Assembly: GCF_964204645.1 (NCBI RefSeq)
Contig: NC_134028.1
Location: 1,488,001-1,552,000, forward strand
DNA: 64,000 bases
Reading direction: 5' to 3'
Source of the DNA: Tubulanus polymorphus
Lineage: Eukaryota > Animalia > Nemertea
The notes under the pieces were generated by a model. The model ran no database searches. It was not told where the DNA came from and was given only the letters and a program-made list of their open reading frames with translations. Within the stretch, counting starts at the first letter, position 1. The number at the start of each line of letters is the position of its first letter. A program made the position numbers and the translations under genes. Positions 40,646 to 54,103 of the stretch are shown here, piece by piece.

Positions 40646-41049
40646 TCCGCTTCTTTATCGTATCACATTCAACATAGCGTAGAACCAGGAGATCCGAACG
40701 ACTTTACGAAACGGAAGTTGTTTCGTTACTGAACCAAACGTGTTCTCGAATTTAACCCAATAAACACAACCAGACAATAAAATATAGTACGTGAATGAAT
40801 AAATAAATTCGACCCGAAATGAAGTAATCGTCGTGAGCTGAATTGTAAAGCTGGTTGAACCAGAATTTATCTTGTTTTTGCAATTACAAGTTATTCCAAG
40901 AAAATTCTGTACAAAGTCACCTTCCCAAAAGAAGAGGCATATAATACAATGAGAAAGCGATAAAAGGTAGTTTGTAAAAGGCATGTTTTCCCCAGTTATA
41001 TTTTCATGGATTTACGTTTGCACTGATTGGTGCACTGCAACAAGCGGTA

Positions 41050-41311
41050 TCTAGAACGATGACCACACTCAAACGTGGTGAACGGATAATAAGATAAAAT
41101 CCCACTATTTACAGATTAAAAGAATTTAAAAACCAGAATTTATTTATTAAATCTAAAATATATATAAGACACGACGTTTCGATCTCACCCTAGAGATCAT
41201 CGTCAGGTGTGACGTCGTGAAACGTCGTGTCTTTTAAATATTTTAGATTTAATAAATAAATTCTGGTTTTTAAATTCTTTTAATCTGTAAATAGTGGGAT
41301 TTTATCTTATT
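41050..41311 (-). mobile_element. Penelope-like element remnant: pseudo-LTR with partial inverted copy, flanked by the 8-bp direct repeat AAGCGGTA
   Basis: Near-perfect ~93 bp inverted arms at 41088-41180 and 41219-41311; AAGCGGTA at 41042-41049 and 41312-41319; hammerhead motif at the centre; AATAAA within the arm. Confidence 0.75.
41169..41210 (-). ncRNA. Minimal type I hammerhead ribozyme motif
   Basis: Minus strand reads ACAC-CUGACGA-U-GAUCUC-UAGGGU-GAGAUC-GAAA-CGUC^GUGU: intact CUGANGA and GAAA core, 6-bp stem II, stem I ACAC/GUGU and a palindromic minimal stem III, as described for Penelope-like elements. Confidence 0.75.
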
Positions 41312-42135
41312 AAGCGGTACCTACATTATCAATAACCGAAACTACTCTAGAAATAAATGTTTGACGTGTTCTGTAGCTTTAATCGCGGCCCTACAGCAGA
41401 TATTTTACCGTTTTCCAAATCTGAATTCCCAATTCGACGCTCGTTTCTTCAACTCAAAACAAATATACCAACAAAATTGACGTTTGTAACCCAAAAAACA
41501 AGATTGATTTAGCCATAGGTGTTTATTGGATGTAAAGTTTGACATTAGATTCATAAAAAGATTCATGGAGAAACATGATTAACATGCGGTATAATCAATT
41601 TCATTCATAATGATCTGTAAGCTATGGGTGTGAAACACACAAAATCAAACTCTGTTAGAATATATTCTATTTTTTTTTCATTTTCAGTTATCGAGGGCGA
41701 AAGAAAACCCCAATTACGTGACATATCGTGCTGAGTTCAACTTGTTTATGTCTGGAATGTAGTCATGAGACCGACGGCCAAAATATTGACGCAATACAGT
41801 AAACACTTTTTTGTGACATTGTTGTTATATGGTTTTCAATATCCCGTCTAAGAACCGCGCTTTAAGCCGTTCTGAATTGAAACTATACTTACGAATATAA
41901 AGGCCAAAAGAAAAAACAGCAATACCTTGATAAAACGATGTTGGCTGAAAAAACTTATTCGAAAATGTTTTCACGAAAAAGAAATCTACGAGTCAAAAAC
42001 ATCTTTAATCAAACCAACTACCTTTTTCGTCACCGATATTTTGATTCATAGATTTAGATTTAGATCTCGTGTACATAATGGACCTCACCCCCCTCGTAGT
42101 AAACTGAATCATGCCTATTTTCGTATATTTTGAAG

Positions 42136-42136
<1 letters not shown>

Positions 42137-42208
<72 letters not shown>

Positions 42209-42211
42209 TAT
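42137..42211. repeat. (TA)n microsatellite
   Basis: About 36 TA units with one interruption. Confidence 0.97.
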
Positions 42212-43600
42212 CAGAAAGAATAGTTAAACAGATCAGGCGCTAGTACTTGGAGTTTCAGTAAAATTGTTTTTCATGGGACAAACATTTCGCAATATCTGAG
42301 ATTTTTGATAGATAGAATGTGACAAGAAACTGTCAACAGTTTGGAATGCGAATGATCCGGTGCACGTACGAAGGAATTGAATTGATCATAATGAAAATGA
42401 CCTACTCTGCAATAACCATGTTTATTCTTTATATTATGTACCTTTCAATCGAAAGCTCTCAACTATACGAAGTAAAGGTGTGGTATCTGTAAAGAGAACA
42501 ATACTATGGGAATTCCTAATACGCGGTAATTGACAATTCAAAACTAGTTTTACTTTTTTACCATCAATGAATAATAAGTAAAAGCAACTGAAAAACTTGT
42601 TTCACGAATGTTTATTTGCAGCCGTATAAAATGGCTGCAGTGAACATGAACTTTTTTCGTTTATATGGCGAGTCCATGGAGATGATTGGAAAACATGAAA
42701 ACAATTCAATTCAATAAATCTTTATTTTATCCATAATCCATACAACGTGACGCAATACGATTAAGACTCGATCATTGAGAGCACATTTACATAAATACCA
42801 GGTTCAAAAATAGGACGGGCAGCACGATGAAAATAATTAAGAAAAAAAATAATATTACCGCAGTGTTATTTACATTGTAATAATATCGAGACTTAATCTG
42901 CACAGGTCAGCAGAAAAATGTATGATATAGTGATATCGTGATTGACATTCGTAGCGATATGTATTAAGATTTGAGGTACTTTCTGACTTGAGTAACCTCG
43001 ATGACCTCTACTCATAGATAAATTTCGCTATTTCACAGACTTTCTGTTATGACGTGGCTTAGTGAAGGGACAAGGAGCAAATGATACATTTTCATTTCAT
43101 CAAGTTTCTGACACAAACGTGAGTTCTTCAGTTCAATGTTATATCGAGGACTTGTTGTTCCTTGTCGAAAAATATGCCAGTCCTATCACTCTACTTAAAG
43201 TGTTATATTATAAAAATTGTATTCACTTAACCTTCATAAGAAATTCTAATGTGAGAAGAGACGTTGACGATTGAATGCGTACATACAATGGCGCCATTAA
43301 TAATATTCCACGTTTTATTGTCGCATTTCCATGCTTAAAATAGTATAACAATTACGACCTACTGCAGTTTCTTCAGAAGAATTTAGATTAAGGTCTAATG
43401 ATTGACAGGGTTTGGGGCTGAAATAGCATAAACAATTCCTCTGTACGATCATCATACATGTATCATTATTCATCAGCGGAGAATGAATTCGAACAGTCGT
43501 TTCATTTCATACATTCTAAAATACTTATTATATACAGTTTATTCTTTTGAATGTATCCGCCACTTAATAGAATATACACCGAAAATTGTGGTAAACATTT

Positions 43601-46600
43601 TCAAATAAAACTGGATGTCTGCCGTGTTGATGAGTTTTTCGTCGGTCCATCCGTTAACCAATACGTTACCATCGTTCCTTTTCCCTGTAAGTAAATCCAC
43701 AGGATTTCTCACAAGCAAAAAATACCATTCAAACTCACAGAGCAGAAACTCTAACTTGTTTCGGGGACATAATGTAATTTTCATGATCTTTCTAGACAGG
43801 TTTTGTGGCTTTATACAAGTATTTTATTATGAATGTATTCAACTTACTTTCACGTCGATTTCTCCACGGCGTTCAGTGACGTATCCTGGTATTTTGCACA
43901 ATAAATCACGCGTGCTTGAACTAATGTGTATTCTCAATGCTATAAATAGATATAAAAACCTATATTTCAAATATAATCTATGGCAGATAACGTTATAAAA
44001 TCATCATTAATTTGTGGTATATAACCTTCACCGCAGCTCTCCATCCGTGAGGCTGTATTGACAGTATCTCCAAATAGGCAGTACCGAGGCATTGTCAGTC
44101 CTACGACGCCTGCTACGCATGGACCTTTAACCAAACAACGATACTGATAATCAAATAGCCATTTAGGAAATAGAACATTTTGAATGTACATAAGGTAATT
44201 AATACACATAAGGTAACATATAAAATGGGATGAAGTGCTACAATCAACTGACGCGTAATGAGCATTACCGGAATGTATTCCTATTCGAAGTTGTAATTTC
44301 AGTTCGGGCATATGGATGGTTTGGAATTTATGTACCGATTCCAGTAAGTTCAAGGCAAGAATAGCAATCTCAGATGCGTGGCGATCCTCATTCAATTCGG
44401 GTAATCCCGATACAACCATGTACGCGTCACCGATCGTTTCAACCTAAATACGTAACACAACTAATTCGTTCATTCGTGATTTTAACAAGATATTTTTTGG
44501 ACACTTATTTTGCGAAACAGATTATAATCGAATATTTTGAATATCTTTGTTTTTCGGCTTATCATCAAATGAATGGAAATAGGTTCGATATGGAAATATG
44601 GAAATTATTTAGTGTAGGTCTTCAGGAATGTTTGTTCAGATCTTTCGATATTCTGTTTCTTACTTTGTAGACATCTCTTTTGTTTGTGATATCGTCGAAT
44701 ACTGTGTACAAATCGTTTAACATGCCGACAATCTGAAATCACGCAAATACAAAAACATAATAAACCAAGTCTCTGAATGCAGAATTCAACCTGACGACGC
44801 CTCGGTAATCTGAGACACGACACGAAACCCGTAGCCTATTTTTCAGTTTGCAATGATTATGGTTTCGATGTGATTATTTGGAGACTCGCACAGTCTCACA
44901 AACCTCAATGCCATCAAGGAGACATATCTGCATGGGAAGATAGCTGAATACACACCTGCATTGGAGAACTGGCCGAAGATATTTTTGTAAAGCCAACAAT
45001 ATCGCTGAAATAAATCGTGACACACTCGAAAGTCGAAGGAGCCACGTATCCATTTTCGAGAATCTGTTTAGCTATAGACCTGTGGATTGAAATACGATGA
45101 AAGTTAACGTATGACGACGCAAGGAAACACAGAAACATGGAAACAAACGTGTTTGATCTCGGAAATCATGTTTCTCGTAAACGGACACGACGCAGGGAAA
45201 CGCTCGGAAACATGTTTCTGTTTCCTGTTTCCGCGTCTCTCTCTGCGTCATGCGGGTCGGGCTTTACATACACGATTTTGTATGGTGGACATGTAAAGTA
45301 TAGGTGGTCATACGTACTCTGGCAGTAACCTGTGTAATAGATCTTCTGCTCGTTTTTTCTCTTCTAGATATTTTCCTGTTCGCTCTTCCACAATACTTTC
45401 TAGATTTTCTGCGTACTGCTCCATCCTAGCGATCATGTTGTCTAATATGTTAGACTTGCCTCTGCGGAGAATAGAAAAATCCCACGTTACCGTGTACGAG
45501 GGCCAATAAAATGAATCAACGTCACGATCTCCGTTATGTTCGGGATCAAGTTAAGCTTACCACGCATAAGAATTATTTACCTTCTATTCAAAGCAGTCTC
45601 GATATCGCGGTAAACTGTTTTGATGGTCGGTCTATCGGCTGGGTATTCCGACCAGCATAGATGAACCAATGCACACAATAACGGCGTGCATTGATCGTCA
45701 GTTAAAGTCGGTCGGAAATTTCTATCTTTTTTTACATGTTCAGTAATCTCTATTCATAAAAAAAAAACAGAAAATTCAGTTTAAAAATGAATAATTGATT
45801 ATTTCTATTGAAAATTATTGAGCCTATGCCTGAAATGGTAGTTTTATTGGTGCACTACCTTCACTGGTGAAATCAGGATCGTCGGATTCAATGTAGAACA
45901 CACCATTTCTTTGTATGATCTCTTGAATGATAATCGCCAGGCTATATATGTCCCCTTCCTTACTTCCTGTGTAGTTCCCCGAACGTAGAAACTCGGGTGC
46001 CGTCCAAAGTAAGTCTGGTAACAAAACACATATTTTAACTTCTCAAGTTGAAAAATATTACATAAGCAATCTTCCACAAAAACGTGAAGTGACTGAAAAA
46101 AGTATCAAAGTCAGTATAAACCTTTTGATTCTCTTTGACTTTTCAGCCAATCAGCAGGCGCAAAATCACACAATTTCACCGCAAAACGTCCATCTACCAA
46201 ACAGTTCGAACTTTTCAGATTTCCATGACATTCAAAATAGGATTCGTGCAAAAATAGTAAACCCTATAAAATCAAATGACACACAGGTCTAAGCAATACG
46301 GCACATTGATATTGTCGCCGCATTGGTACATTGATGAAAATCTAATTCAGAATTCATGATAGATTGATCTGTGAACCTACCCGCAAAATATCGTCGATTA
46401 AAGAATATCGAAATTCTAAATCCAAATGAATATCTGCATTTTCCAGAACGTCCTGTAAACGATATAAGACACATAAAATGATTGGAACTTGGTGGGTACA
46501 AAAATAACAATGATAGATTCGATGGTTTGACCGTGCTACCTACCTGTAAACTGCCCTTAGCGCAGTATTCCGATACCACGCTCACGTTCCCGGGTTCAAC

Positions 46601-49600
46601 GCACGCACCGACAAACCGACAAATATTCTGATGGGCAATGTCGTGAAGCTTAAAATTGGAAGATAAGCAAACGTTGATAAAAAAACGGATACGATGTTAG
46701 CATTAACGTTCTGTTGATGGACAAGCCTGATACAGTGTAGATAGTCAGACAAAATAACAATATGCTGAGTTGGAATTGGAAGGACTCATAACAGCGATAA
46801 ATAGATAGGATTAGCATTCGTAAATACCTTGAGTAACTCCTCCATGAGTTTTCTTGTGACAGTGCAATTTTTTATATCCGAAATGTTTTTAATAGCTACA
46901 TAAGTTCCCTGAAATAAACAGGTTCATATCGCAATATAGGATTGTATATACTTTACCATATACTATGGGAAATGGGGGGAAAAGCTCATTTAACCATATA
47001 ATTAATTCTGGACGTTTGTCGTTTAAACTGTAATCCTTTAAAATCAATGAATCATACACCGGTGCATCTAAAACTATTGCAGTAAACAGACAGACTACTC
47101 CCAGGTTCCACAATCCTATTTCATCCGCATCTCTACTCTATCTATTCATTTTTCATACAGTTTTGATGGTTCTCTATTCCGGGTGCTTGGATCTCTGTGG
47201 GACGCAGCATCTATTGGCTTGCCAAGCATCAAGTCGAATAAACACTATACAATATCATAATCGAGAAGTAGGCTATATGTAAACCGTCGGGCCCATTCTT
47301 GACTGTACCTTAAACGTTCCTCTCTTGATGAAAGCCTGTTCTATCGGCTCCGTTGAAATCGTTAACTGAAGAAAAAATATTTCAGTTTAAAATCCATTCG
47401 TAGAAAACGAGTCATAAACATTCTATTACTTCGCCAGACCTACCCTTGATAACAGAGTACTTTGAGCACCCGCGTAATGTTTTTCCATTAATTTGAGTTC
47501 GTTTACTGACAGTTTCCATCTCATTTCATTCACTGCTCGTTTCCAAATTAATTTCCTGGTGAAGGTCAATATTTGATATGTTGTTTACAATAGTAATAGT
47601 AACGATAGTAATGATAGAATAGCTACTGTAGTTTCACTTATTGTGTATCAGAAATTTACTGTTTGGCAAAAAAAAAAACTAGAAAAAGAAGACTAGAAGC
47701 TTGGAAACAGATATCATCGAAATGCAGAATGTTAGGTGGGAAATGTCTAGGAAAGAACTAGCCCATTGACTTTAATTCGTAGACCAGTACTGTACAGTGT
47801 CATTAGTTATGTTACCTGCATACAGCAATCGTCGTGAGACTCGCCGTGAGAATAATTATCAGCAACGAACCAGAGATACTTCCAACCAGAACATAAAAAT
47901 AACGTTTTTCATCTGAAAGGTTATGTTAGATTGATTCGCTTTCGCACGAATGGATGTAAGCGTTGAAAAAACATTTCAATCGGTTTGTTCCGGAACTAAC
48001 CTTCGTAACAAAATTCATTTTCATAACCGCACGTTGGTCCGTCGGGTGGAGGGTTTGCTCTGCCACCAGGCCAAATAATTTTTACTCCATTTATCATTTG
48101 GTATCTGCCTATGTGACTGAAATAATTTGCCACCGCCTAAAATGAATCATTCAAATATATTCACACATCTAGAAATATTAATTTTAAGAATATTCAAAAT
48201 ACTTCAAAATATCATTGGATTCTATTAAGTTCATCTCGTGTGTATTATAACAAAAAATTTTTATTTCTTATTTGAAATATTGCCTTGATCAATTTGTATT
48301 TCATTTTTGTGTTTGAGATAACAAAGTCTGCTAGGAGAATTGAAGTTCATCTTCTGCATTCCCTGTTGTTTTATCTTATTCTGCATAAGTTTTTATAAAT
48401 CGTGAATAAGATAGTTCTTTGTTAATCGTGATTCACTCGGATATTGAAATGAATTTATACAAAATAATTTATGATAATGGTTTATCTCGTTCATTATTTA
48501 GTTACAATGGATGGAGCTATATGAATGAACCTCGTCATGATCGCCAGTTTGTAGTTGTGATATTGTATACCCTTGTTCTCTGTCGCCGTTACTGTTCAAC
48601 GTTACTCCTCCACTGACACCTATAGAACAAAAATCCTACATATAGAATTCCGAAAGGAAATGGACATCGTAATTTCAACAATTAATCTGTTTCTTATATT
48701 TACTTTGAAATGTCCTTCCCCAAAGTCGCTGAGAAAGCTGTTTTCCATTAGATATATTGTGACCGGCTGCTAGTGATTCGTTGACGGCAACTGCGTATAA
48801 ATACACGGCTTCATACAGATTCACCGCTGGATACGGGATCTAAAAGTTACAACCAAGTCACGCTGTAGAAAATGAACCCCACAAAAGAACATTTGTCGCT
48901 ACATTTGTTGCGCTTGTTCGTGGTAAAACCCATATTTTGGGTTCATGTTTCGTGTGCAATTTCGAGATCAAATTATCGCAAGATCAAATTATGATCACGA
49001 GAAATCACTATTGTAAAAGTGTCAGTCTATTTTATCAATTGCAAATTAAGACATCATTACATCAGTTACTATCAATATTCTGGTTTAGACGTCACTTCAT
49101 GATGTGTCTGATACCGGCTTACCATTTCCCCAGGTCGGTACGTGAAATTAAAGTACTGAAGTGACATGTTACGGACGTCTTCGACGAACTGGGAATAACG
49201 CGATGATTTCCTCGTGTAGTAGGAGATAAATAGCATCGATTGCCAAGCTTTCTTCGCCTGTTCATTGAACGTGTCATTCTGAAATTAAGTAATAAGTAAT
49301 AATATTCTATTGCTCCAAAGTTCTTCGTAGAAAATTAGGAGTTCGAATCAAACTGTGATCTTCGATTGCGATCGGTAGAAAATCTATGATTCTAAAACGA
49401 ATGAATATATCTTAACGAACCTGTCGCTTCCAGGTAAACTTTCCGAAAACTCTTTCTTGCAAATAATACTTCAAAACTAGAAATATGTATTCTCCATTGT
49501 CCATCTGTAACTCATTAATCAATACTGCCAGTTGACGTAACGTTTCACCCATCACACACAGTACGATTACTATATGTAAACGATAAATGTTGGTATCTAT

Positions 49601-52600
49601 TGATGAAATTTGTTTCGGGAGGTTTGCGAGGACTAAATGATACACCGTTCCAACACTTACTTCTACTGTTTCCTTTGTGTTCCATTAAAATCTGTCTCAT
49701 ATCTTTGTTGTTGTTATTTTGTTGTAGCATACTTATCTGCGAGATTGTGATATTACGTTTTGGCAATGTTTCGGTCAATGCACCCTTAGTGAATAGCCAT
49801 ACTTTGTCAGAGGCGTTTTCCCAAATAATGCTTACTCGTTCCCAACCGAAATGATTGAGGACACTGTTTACGCATAGGGCAGTCATCTCAAACGGCCCGA
49901 GAAGTCTCGTTAATGTCTAGAAATAGGAAAAAATATCTCGATATATTTGTACTGAAACATAAAAACTAGAGTACACGTGTAATACATGTAAGAACACGGC
50001 ACTTGCCTGAAATTCAGTTTTATCCAACATCTCAACTCCTTGACAGACACCAGAAAAACAGGCAATATTGAGATAGGCAGCTAGACGAGCGACCATGTTG
50101 CAAACTTGAGAACACTGAGGACCAATTATAGCGCTGTAACTCTCATAGCGTAACGCGTCAAATGAACTACCTGCGAAAATAATAGGTACGTTAACATAAC
50201 TTCTGTATTTCCAGTTTATCTGCGGCTGCAGAAATATGTAAAAAGTTCATTACTGCACGAATTCAACCAACGTTACTTCAAGTTCATTTTCAGCTAAACG
50301 GTTCCGTAACGTATGACTAGATTATGTAAACATACGACATAGATTTGTGACATTCCAGTCTGATGTCCAAACACGGAATCGGTTCGATCTCGGGAACATT
50401 GTTTTCCGAAACTGCGTTTCTCGTTTCACGTAAATGCAACACGACACACGGAAACACACGGCAACATGTCTCTGTTTCCTGTTTCCCCGCACCGTGTGCA
50501 TGCGTAACAGAAAAAAAAACAAAAACCATAAATATCATCCTCAAAATTACAATTTCACTCATTTGACTCCTTTCTAAGGTTACTAATTGTACACTTGAAA
50601 GTGTTTGTCTCGAAAATGGGTGAGTTGTAATCGATTATAACTTCACTGATGTTATAGATAAAGAGGCAACTTCGCAACAAACTAGCTGACAGTATTCTAA
50701 ATGCATATAACCGTGAGGCTATGTCAAATAGATATGTCAAAATTATTATCTGTGTTCAAATGATGAACACGATAGGTAGAATAGAGATACCAAAATACTA
50801 TCATTCGTTATCTTTATATTACTTGAGATCTGAGATGAAGTAATTGATAGTTGTGCCCAAATAAGTCATGCTACAGCCAAGTTCTGCTACTAAGATTAAA
50901 TTTCAATTGGTAGATATAATTTTCAACCTAGACACGCTGAATAGCCGCCAGTCGGCAGGCAATTATTCACAGGCAAATCTGAAACTTTTTGATATCATCT
51001 GAATTGTTAATTGTACCACGTCCATGATAGTAAACACCTTATCTACTAACCGAATTTAGAAAATTGTACAGATAATTATTAATTTTCTTTATTGGGATAA
51101 TGAGACATAAAAATGGAGTGTTATTTCGGGCTGCTTTTCCCGATAATTCGTATAAATCGTATTAAATCGTGATCGGTTCTAAGGTTCCTCTTACCGAAGC
51201 CGTACACGCTGTTACATTTAGAATTGGCGAAGTGTGCTTTCAGCTTGTAACCCGATATTAGTTCCGACTCGTGGATGTCGTCGATCGCTTTGTAAACTGA
51301 AATGAAATATAAAGCATCCTCTATACAGAATACGAAGAAATACGATATATACATTGATTTCGAAAGACCTGTCTCCTCCTCATTTACGCGTATTATCTAA
51401 ATCGCTCCCAATCGAAGTAATCGCTAAGAATCTATTTCGCGAGAATGGATGGTTCGAGGATGGTGCAAAATAACGGTAAAATCCATATTTTAGCGATAAA
51501 GAGAGTAAAGTAAGGGGCATGCATGTATATATACACTGTTTCGGAGAAACATTATGTGACGAGGCGGCCCTGTAACTTCCGTTAGACGCCGGTTACCATT
51601 ACTTCAGCCTGGCTCATAATGTCGGTTTTAAAATGCTAGTTTTCAAAAAGCTCGTTTTAGTGACTGCACAAAACTGAAGCATGCTTAACTAAGACCTATA
51701 CGAAATCGTTATTCGTGTGACCCACTTGCAGCAAATGGAATCGAGTGATAGAAAAAGTGTTCATGTATGAAGTATGTCGACAAAAAATTCATTTCGTAGA
51801 TAAGATTGACGATAGAGTCACGGGTACAATTACATATCATGTAGTTTTTTATATTCATATGTGTTTATATAAAGATTAAACTTCAATCACAAACAAAAGT
51901 GTGCAGTATTTACCTGTAAAAATCTACGTGTGAAATATCTGTCTCGAATTGTTCGGATAATGAAAGGAGAATTCTGAAATTTCTGAATGTCTGCTCTTTG
52001 AATTAGGGAATTGTCGACAGATTTAAAGTTTGCGAGATCTATCTTTGATGAGAAAAGGTCATAGCTAGAAATACTGTACACTTCAGCAAGATGATTTAGA
52101 ATATTACGTAGTACACCAGCGCTGCTCTCGACTATCACAGTCTGGTTGGTGAATATAAACTGAGAGTGAAATTAACGAACGTCCGATGTTACTGTTGTTT
52201 AATACAACAATCTTGACAAGTTAGGTTCAGACGATTCGAATGTGTCCGATAAGGCAGTTTCGGTTGTGTTCTGATGGCTTTACGCCATGCTATAAATACA
52301 CTGTTTATGTTAGGATTGAAATGATCCCATAGGATACAACCGTACAAGTATTTTCGCAAGACCTACATCTATAAGAAAATTATACAAAACCGTTATCTTT
52401 TTACTTGATAAAAGTTTTCCGTGATGGTGTAATTGATTAACGATCTATCTTCCGAAACGATTCATCACACCGGAATACTGACACGTGCTCGTACCGCAAT
52501 AATCTAATCAGGCTGACAGAATGGTCGGTAAAAAGACATTTTTCTGAAAATCTATTTTCAGAAGTGTTGATTCCATTGACATTTTGCTTAGACGGGAAAA

Positions 52601-54103
52601 GGTGTCACACTTTCCACAGTCTCTATTGTCATTGGTTGGCATTTCCTGCATTTTCAAGTTGATCGCTAGAACATTGGGACGTGTCTACTGGCAAAAAAAT
52701 ACAGTTAGAATGCTCTTGTTTACAAGTCATTTTATCAATGTCGCGACATTAGTGCAGCTCAGAAAGAAGTTGATTAATTTCTAATCGATTGTATATAGTC
52801 AGACCGAATCAGGAAAACCCTTTATTGCTATGCGATGGTACTGACAACGTAATAACGAGAATCCCACAATAATGACGAAAAAATGAAGTCCCTGAGTAGT
52901 AGTCCTTGGTAGTTTATTCGTCTAACAGCTCAAGGAAACCGAGATAGCGTCTTATCAATCGTAACATAAAATAGTCTGCCGAGTTTTAGGATGAAGACTA
53001 AGAACTTGAAACCAAAATAATTTCTTCTTTTTCCAATTATTTACGTTCGATCGGACGTGGATCAGCGGGTGTTTGCGATGTGACAATTAACACTAACGAT
53101 GTATACATACGTGTATTATGTTTAGTGCGATAATATCCGATGAAATCAAACACTTTCCGTTTCCATTCGCGAGTGTCTTTGTTCAAACGGTTCATCTCAA
53201 TTAACACCCGGTTTAGTAAATCTCACAGGGAAACAGTAAAATACTCCCTGTATATCGATATACCATATAAACGCAACTCCCGTTAAACAACGTAATCAAA
53301 AGATTCGTTGATTAAAATAACAGAAAAAACGAAAATAGAAAAGGTCCGATTATGTTTTGGGTGATTATCGATCGACTCAATGATACCCGTCAATTTCGAT
53401 ATACTTTTCGTCGTATTCATTTTACTTTTTTTTCGACGTTTTGTCATTATTTGAGTTTTTCAACGGATCATTTTTTTCAATTCTCCAGAGGTCTAAAATG
53501 GACCGAGAAACTGGAGGGTATAAACTGCTGTGTCTTTAAACAAAACAAACATTCATTGGCATTGAAATAATCAGACAAGCGAATTTATAACATAGAGCCA
53601 TTCTATAGCGTATGAAGGCCTGGGGTTTGTTGCTCAAAGGTTTGTGAGAGTTAACCAGTGGATAGTTAACAAAGTGACAACCAAAACTTTATTGTTACTA
53701 TTGCTGCCAATATTTCATTATAAAAATACAACAATATTTTCAACAGTGTGTTTATCAACCGTTTATTTCAAAACAACTTTTGAGCAACTGTTGTCCCTGA
53801 TTAGTAATGTTTTTGAAGTAACTTTCGTTTTATTTAATCGCACTTACTCGACGAAAAAAAATCGCTTATTTATTAATTCGCTTATTTTCTAATCATTCTT
53901 CGACTCTGTAATAATCATCATGTGCAATAGTACTTACTCGCGGCGCCAGACATCTCCATTCCGAACGGGAACTTAAAACTTCCATCAGTAGCCGGCAACA
54001 GGATTAACAATTTCAGTTCCTTTTTTTGATCCGCTGTGGATTTTGTTATAATTGTTCGCGCGGTGACGACAAACAAAATAATATAGTAAAAGCTCGACTC
54101 CAT
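43601..54103 (-). CDS. Receptor (transmembrane) guanylyl cyclase, natriuretic-peptide/speract-receptor type; complete, multi-exon
   Basis: Signal peptide exon 54103-53938; ANF-receptor-type ectodomain exons (51298-48001; [29 protein letters not shown]); [30 protein letters not shown] (~47912-47816); pseudokinase ([35 protein letters not shown]); cyclase ([55 protein letters not shown]). Stop TGA at 43603-43601. The Glu and Cys residues that specify guanine are present. Confidence 0.93.
45111..45266. mobile_element. Intronic palindromic repeat element (MITE-like), related to 50370-50505
   Basis: ATGACG..GGAAACACAGAAACATG ... CATGTTTCTGTTTCCTGTTTCC..CGTCAT inverted structure; motifs shared with the second copy. 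Confidence 0.55.
50370..50505. mobile_element. Diverged second copy of the same intronic repeat family
   Basis: Shares GATCTCGG, GTTTCTCGT, ACACGAC and AACATGT(C/T)TCTGTTTCCTGTTTCC in the same order with 45150-45250. Confidence 0.5.

Noticed and set aside
42005-42205. YIYIYI ORF
   Set aside because: Translation of the (TA)n microsatellite.
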